From positions 170,898 to 234,897 of the forward strand of contig SHNJ01000031.1 in assembly GCA_004295055.1 (NCBI GenBank): a stretch of DNA of 64,000 nucleotides, in the 5' to 3' direction. The DNA comes from Alphaproteobacteria bacterium (GTDB taxonomy: Bacteria; Pseudomonadota; Alphaproteobacteria; SHNJ01). Each line of letters begins with the position of its first letter. Positions within the stretch are counted from its first letter, which is position 1. The notes below the pieces were generated by a model. It was given only the letters and a program-made list of their open reading frames with translations. It was not told where the DNA came from and made no database searches. Positions 60,441-64,000 of the stretch are shown here, piece by piece. Made by a program: the position numbers and the translations under genes.

Positions 60441-61928
60441 TTACGCCATCTCGCGCAACAAAGGCAGGTTGGAATCATCCGCTGCGCCTTTTGCTTTTTT
60501 TGGTTCGTAATCGGTCAAGGCGATTGGGTATTCGCCGCTGAAACAAGCATCGCAAAATTGCGGCATTTTGTTATTGCGGCCGGCTTCGCCCATCGCGCGG
60601 TACAGGCCATCGATGGAAATAAACGCCAAACTGTCGGCCTTGATCATTTTACGGATTTCCTCGACCGGGTATTGCGCGGCGATCAAATCCTTGCGGTCCG
60701 GGGTGGCGATGCCATAAAAACACGGGTTCATGGTCGGCGGCGATGCGATACGCATATGCACCTCGCTGGCGCCGGCGGCGCGGATCATTTCGACGATTTT
60801 TTTAGATGTGGTACCGCGCACGATGGAATCGTCCACCAGAATTACGCGCTTGCCCTTGATATGCTGCACGTTGGCGTTGTGTTTCAATTTAACGCCCAAA
60901 TGGCGGATTTTATCGGTCGGTTCGATAAAGGTACGGCCAACATAGTGATTGCGGATAATGCCCATGTCGTATGCGATTTTCGATTCGGTGGCATAACCGA
61001 TGGCGGCGGGAACGCCGGAATCGGGAACCGGGATAACCATGTCGGCTTCGATAGGGGATTCTTGCGCGAGAATGGCCCCGATTGCCTTGCGCGCCGCATA
61101 AACATTTCGCCCGTCGATAGTGGAATCCGGACGGGCAAAATAGACATATTCAAAAATACAGAATCGCGGGGTATTTTGCGGCAGCGGCATCAATGACCGC
61201 ACGCCGGATTTGGTGATAATCACCATCTCGCCCGGTTTTACGTCGCGAATAAATTCCGCGCCGATAATATCCAGCGCCACGGTTTCCGAACACAAAATGT
61301 GCGAATCGCCCAATTTGCCTAAAACCAGCGGACGCACGCCGTTTGGATCGCGCACGCCGATCACGGCTTCTTTATTCATCATTACCAGCGAATAAGCGCC
61401 GGTAATTTTACGGCAAGCATCAATCACGCGGTCAATAATAGATTCTTTTTTCGACAGGGCGATTAAATGGATCACCACTTCGCTGTCGGTGGTGGATTGG
61501 AAAATCGCACCTTGTTTTACCAATTCTTTTTTAATTTCGAGGGCGTTGGTCAGATTGCCATTATGCGCCAGTACAAATCCGCCAAAATCAAGTTCAGCGA
61601 AAAATGGCTGGACGTTGCGCATGATTACATCGCCGGTCGTTGCGTAGCGCACATGGCCGACGCAATTATTACCGGGCAATTCGGCAATTGCAGACTCGCT
61701 GCCGAAATTGTCGGCGACATGGCCTAGCGCGCGGGTAGCATGGAATTTTTTGCCATCGAAAGAAACGATACCGACGGCTTCCTGGCCTCGGTGCTGCAAA
61801 GCATGCAGGCCAAGCGCGGTATGGGCCGATGCGTCGCCATGATTGAAAATGCCGAACAGACCGCACTCATCCTTGAACTTGTCGTCATCAAAAGGATTGG
61901 TGGTGAATTTGTCTAAATCCAATGTCAT
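60441..61928 (-). CDS. purF: Amidophosphoribosyltransferase
   Basis: Propeptide then ECGLFG, LQHRGQE, GHVRYAT, PRPP motif VILVDDSIVRGTT. Confidence 0.98.
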   Translation of the reverse strand: MTLDLDKFTTNPFDDDKFKDECGLFGIFNHGDASAHTALGLHALQHRGQEAVGIVSFDGKKFHATRALGHVADNFGSESAIAELPGNNCVGHVRYATTGDVIMRNVQPFFAELDFGGFVLAHNGNLTNALEIKKELVKQGAIFQSTTDSEVVIHLIALSKKESIIDRVIDACRKITGAYSLVMMNKEAVIGVRDPNGVRPLVLGKLGDSHILCSETVALDIIGAEFIRDVKPGEMVIITKSGVRSLMPLPQNTPRFCIFEYVYFARPDSTIDGRNVYAARKAIGAILAQESPIEADMVIPVPDSGVPAAIGYATESKIAYDMGIIRNHYVGRTFIEPTDKIRHLGVKLKHNANVQHIKGKRVILVDDSIVRGTTSKKIVEMIRAAGASEVHMRIASPPTMNPCFYGIATPDRKDLIAAQYPVEEIRKMIKADSLAFISIDGLYRAMGEAGRNNKMPQFCDACFSGEYPIALTDYEPKKAKGAADDSNLPLLREMA

Positions 61929-61968
61929 CGCAATGTCCCTTTACCCGTGATGATCCTGTTATTTTTTA

Positions 61969-62565
61969 TTAGGGGGCTGGGGGCTCCAGCCCATTTTTTT
62001 CAATATCCTTATACTCGGTTTCCTTGGAATTTTCATCTGCTTTCTGTTTTTCTTTGTCGCGCAAGGAATCCTCATCATCTACTTGATTTTGCTGTACAAA
62101 ATCAGCGATATAATCCGTTGCGGTTTGGATATAATGCAGCGTATAGGCATTTTTCAGCGAATCCGGATATTCATCCATGTCCGGCACCGCAGCCGAATAC
62201 AGAAAAAATGCCATGCATATAATCAACCCGCCACGCACCACGCCAAACACAAATCCCAACGACCGGTCCGCCGAACCAAAGGCGGTTTTATGCACCCATT
62301 TCGACAGGAAATGGGTAAACACCGATACGATAATCAACGTGCCTGCGAATAATATAGCGCCAGTGACGAAATCGGCCATGGCCGGATTATGAATAAAATC
62401 CCGGGTGACCGGTTGGAACGGCGCAAAGCCGTAAAATAGAGCGAGCAGGGCGGCAGCCCATCCGGCAATCGACAAGGTTTCTTTGACAATGCCGCGCCAT
62501 GCCCCGAAAAATCCGGAAATGACGATAACAGCCAATACGATTAAATCGATAGAGGTAAGATGCAA
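61969..62565 (-). CDS. cvpA: Colicin V production protein CvpA
   Basis: WRGIVKETLSI, ADRSLGFVFGVVRG; canonical radA-cvpA-purF order. Confidence 0.92.
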   Translation of the reverse strand: MHLTSIDLIVLAVIVISGFFGAWRGIVKETLSIAGWAAALLALFYGFAPFQPVTRDFIHNPAMADFVTGAILFAGTLIIVSVFTHFLSKWVHKTAFGSADRSLGFVFGVVRGGLIICMAFFLYSAAVPDMDEYPDSLKNAYTLHYIQTATDYIADFVQQNQVDDEDSLRDKEKQKADENSKETEYKDIEKNGLEPPAP

Positions 62566-62589
62566 GCGAATGCTCCGCGGCTGAAAGTA

Positions 62590-64000
62590 TCAGGTTGCCA
62601 ACCTAGGTGTAGATTTTCTAGACGATAGACCGTCCCGAAGCCCCAATTTTTGCAATAATTCGTGGATATTTTCAATCGATGTGGCGCCGATGCCGGAAAA
62701 ATTCTGATAATTGCGTCCTTGCATCGGTTTGGGCAAGAAAGCATGCTTGAATCCTAACTTCGCGGCTTCTTTGATGCGTTGATCGATTTGCGACACGCTG
62801 CGTACTTCGCCGGACAATCCGATTTCGCCGAATAACACTGTATCGCTGGCAATCGAGGTGCCGGACAGGGCGGATGTCAATGCCGCCGCAACCGCCAAAT
62901 CGGCGGCGGGTTCGGTAATGCGAATTCCGCCAGCAATGTTCAAATAAATATCGTAATTCGATAATGGAATTCCGCAACGCGCCTCCAACACGGCCGCCAG
63001 CATCGATAAACGTCCGGCATCCCAACCGATCACGGTGCGTCGCGGCGTGCCGAAATTGGTGGGATTGACCAATGCTTGCACTTCGACCAATACGGGCCGT
63101 GTGCCTTCCATCCCGGCGAATACGGCAGAACCGGAAACATCGCCGCGCCGTTCGGATAAAAATAATGCCGATGGATTTGGAACTTCTTGTAATCCCAATT
63201 CGGTCATAGAAAACACGCCGATTTCATCCGCCGCGCCGAAACGGTTTTTCACTGCCCGTAAAATGCGAAAATGATGGCCTCGCTCGCCTTCGAAATACAA
63301 TACAGTATCGACCATATGTTCCAAAACACGTGGCCCGGCGATGGTGCCTTCCTTGGTCACATGGCCAACCAGGAACAATACGAATCCGCGCGCCTTGGCA
63401 ACGCGAATCAATTCATGCGCCGATGCGCGAACTTGGGAAACCGTGCCAGGCGATGATTCAATCGCTTCCAAATATAAAGTCTGCACGGAATCGACCACGA
63501 CTACTTTTGGGCCGTCCGCACGGTCGATGGCGGCAATAATATCGCCAACATTCGTCGCGCTGGCCAATTCCACCGGCGCGGATTCAACTTGTAATCGCCG
63601 TGCGCGTAGGCGGATTTGTTCCATCGATTCTTCGCCCGAAATATAGGCGCAAGGCAATTTCCCGGATAATTTCGCGACCACTTGCAATAACAAAGTCGAT
63701 TTGCCTATGCCAGGATCGCCGCCGATTAAAATCACAGAACCTGGCACCAAACCGCCGCCGCAAACCCGGTCGAATTCGTTCACGCCGCTTTGCGCGCGGG
63801 TATAATTTTTATCTTCGGCCTGAAGGGACGAGAATTCCAATTTGCGCGACGATTTAATTTTGCGGGAAAATTGGCTGGTCTTGGCCGCTTGGACTTCTTC
63901 AGTCAGGGTATTCCACCCACCGCAAGCCTCGCACTTGCCCATCCATTTTGGGAAAGAACTGCCACAGGATTGGCACACGAAGCTGGATTTATCTTTGGCC
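62590..64000 (-). CDS. radA: DNA repair protein RadA/Sms (start codon just beyond the window end)
   Basis: AKDKSSFVCQSCG...KCEACG, GGDPGIGKSTLLLQ, KNRFG, GEIGLSGEVR. Confidence 0.98.
   Translation of the reverse strand, partial: AKDKSSFVCQSCGSSFPKWMGKCEACGGWNTLTEEVQAAKTSQFSRKIKSSRKLEFSSLQAEDKNYTRAQSGVNEFDRVCGGGLVPGSVILIGGDPGIGKSTLLLQVVAKLSGKLPCAYISGEESMEQIRLRARRLQVESAPVELASATNVGDIIAAIDRADGPKVVVVDSVQTLYLEAIESSPGTVSQVRASAHELIRVAKARGFVLFLVGHVTKEGTIAGPRVLEHMVDTVLYFEGERGHHFRILRAVKNRFGAADEIGVFSMTELGLQEVPNPSALFLSERRGDVSGSAVFAGMEGTRPVLVEVQALVNPTNFGTPRRTVIGWDAGRLSMLAAVLEARCGIPLSNYDIYLNIAGGIRITEPAADLAVAAALTSALSGTSIASDTVLFGEIGLSGEVRSVSQIDQRIKEAAKLGFKHAFLPKPMQGRNYQNFSGIGATSIENIHELLQKLGLRDGLSSRKSTPRLAT

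Overview
Alphaproteobacterial chromosomal window (Rhodospirillales/Micavibrio-like gene orders; exact lineage not determinable). The backbone is housekeeping: cobT-cobS-J-domain/bolA, corC-like, xerD-accA, ppiD/tpiA, secG-pyrG-kdsA-eno-ftsB, tRNA-Leu-tig-clpP-clpX-lon-hup, tRNA-Val, rarA, tRNA-Asp, nuoA-I, a CheY/Cle-like regulator, cutA, rplM-rpsI, phaC, an OmpA-domain protein, a tripartite ABC exporter, purF-cvpA-radA. There is no CRISPR array, prophage, IS transposase or rRNA. The unusual content is what sits between the conserved genes. (i) About 15 orphan ORFs are slotted singly into conserved operons; three lie inside the nuo operon exactly at overlapping stop/start junctions, each reproducing the junction motif (TAATG or CGATGA). 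(ii) A small GIY-YIG nuclease gene and a palindromic element abut the CCA end of tRNA-Leu, with a solo relative abutting tRNA-Val. (iii) A 43-bp att-like duplication of a gene tail, fused to a REP-like palindrome, brackets a 432-aa orphan. (iv) Three orphan solute-binding paralogues share a near-identical N-terminal leader. (v) The nuo operon stops at nuoI and carries a telomere-like G-tract inverted repeat. (vi) An attenuator-like leader precedes secG-pyrG. All family calls come from motif recognition by eye; no database search was run.
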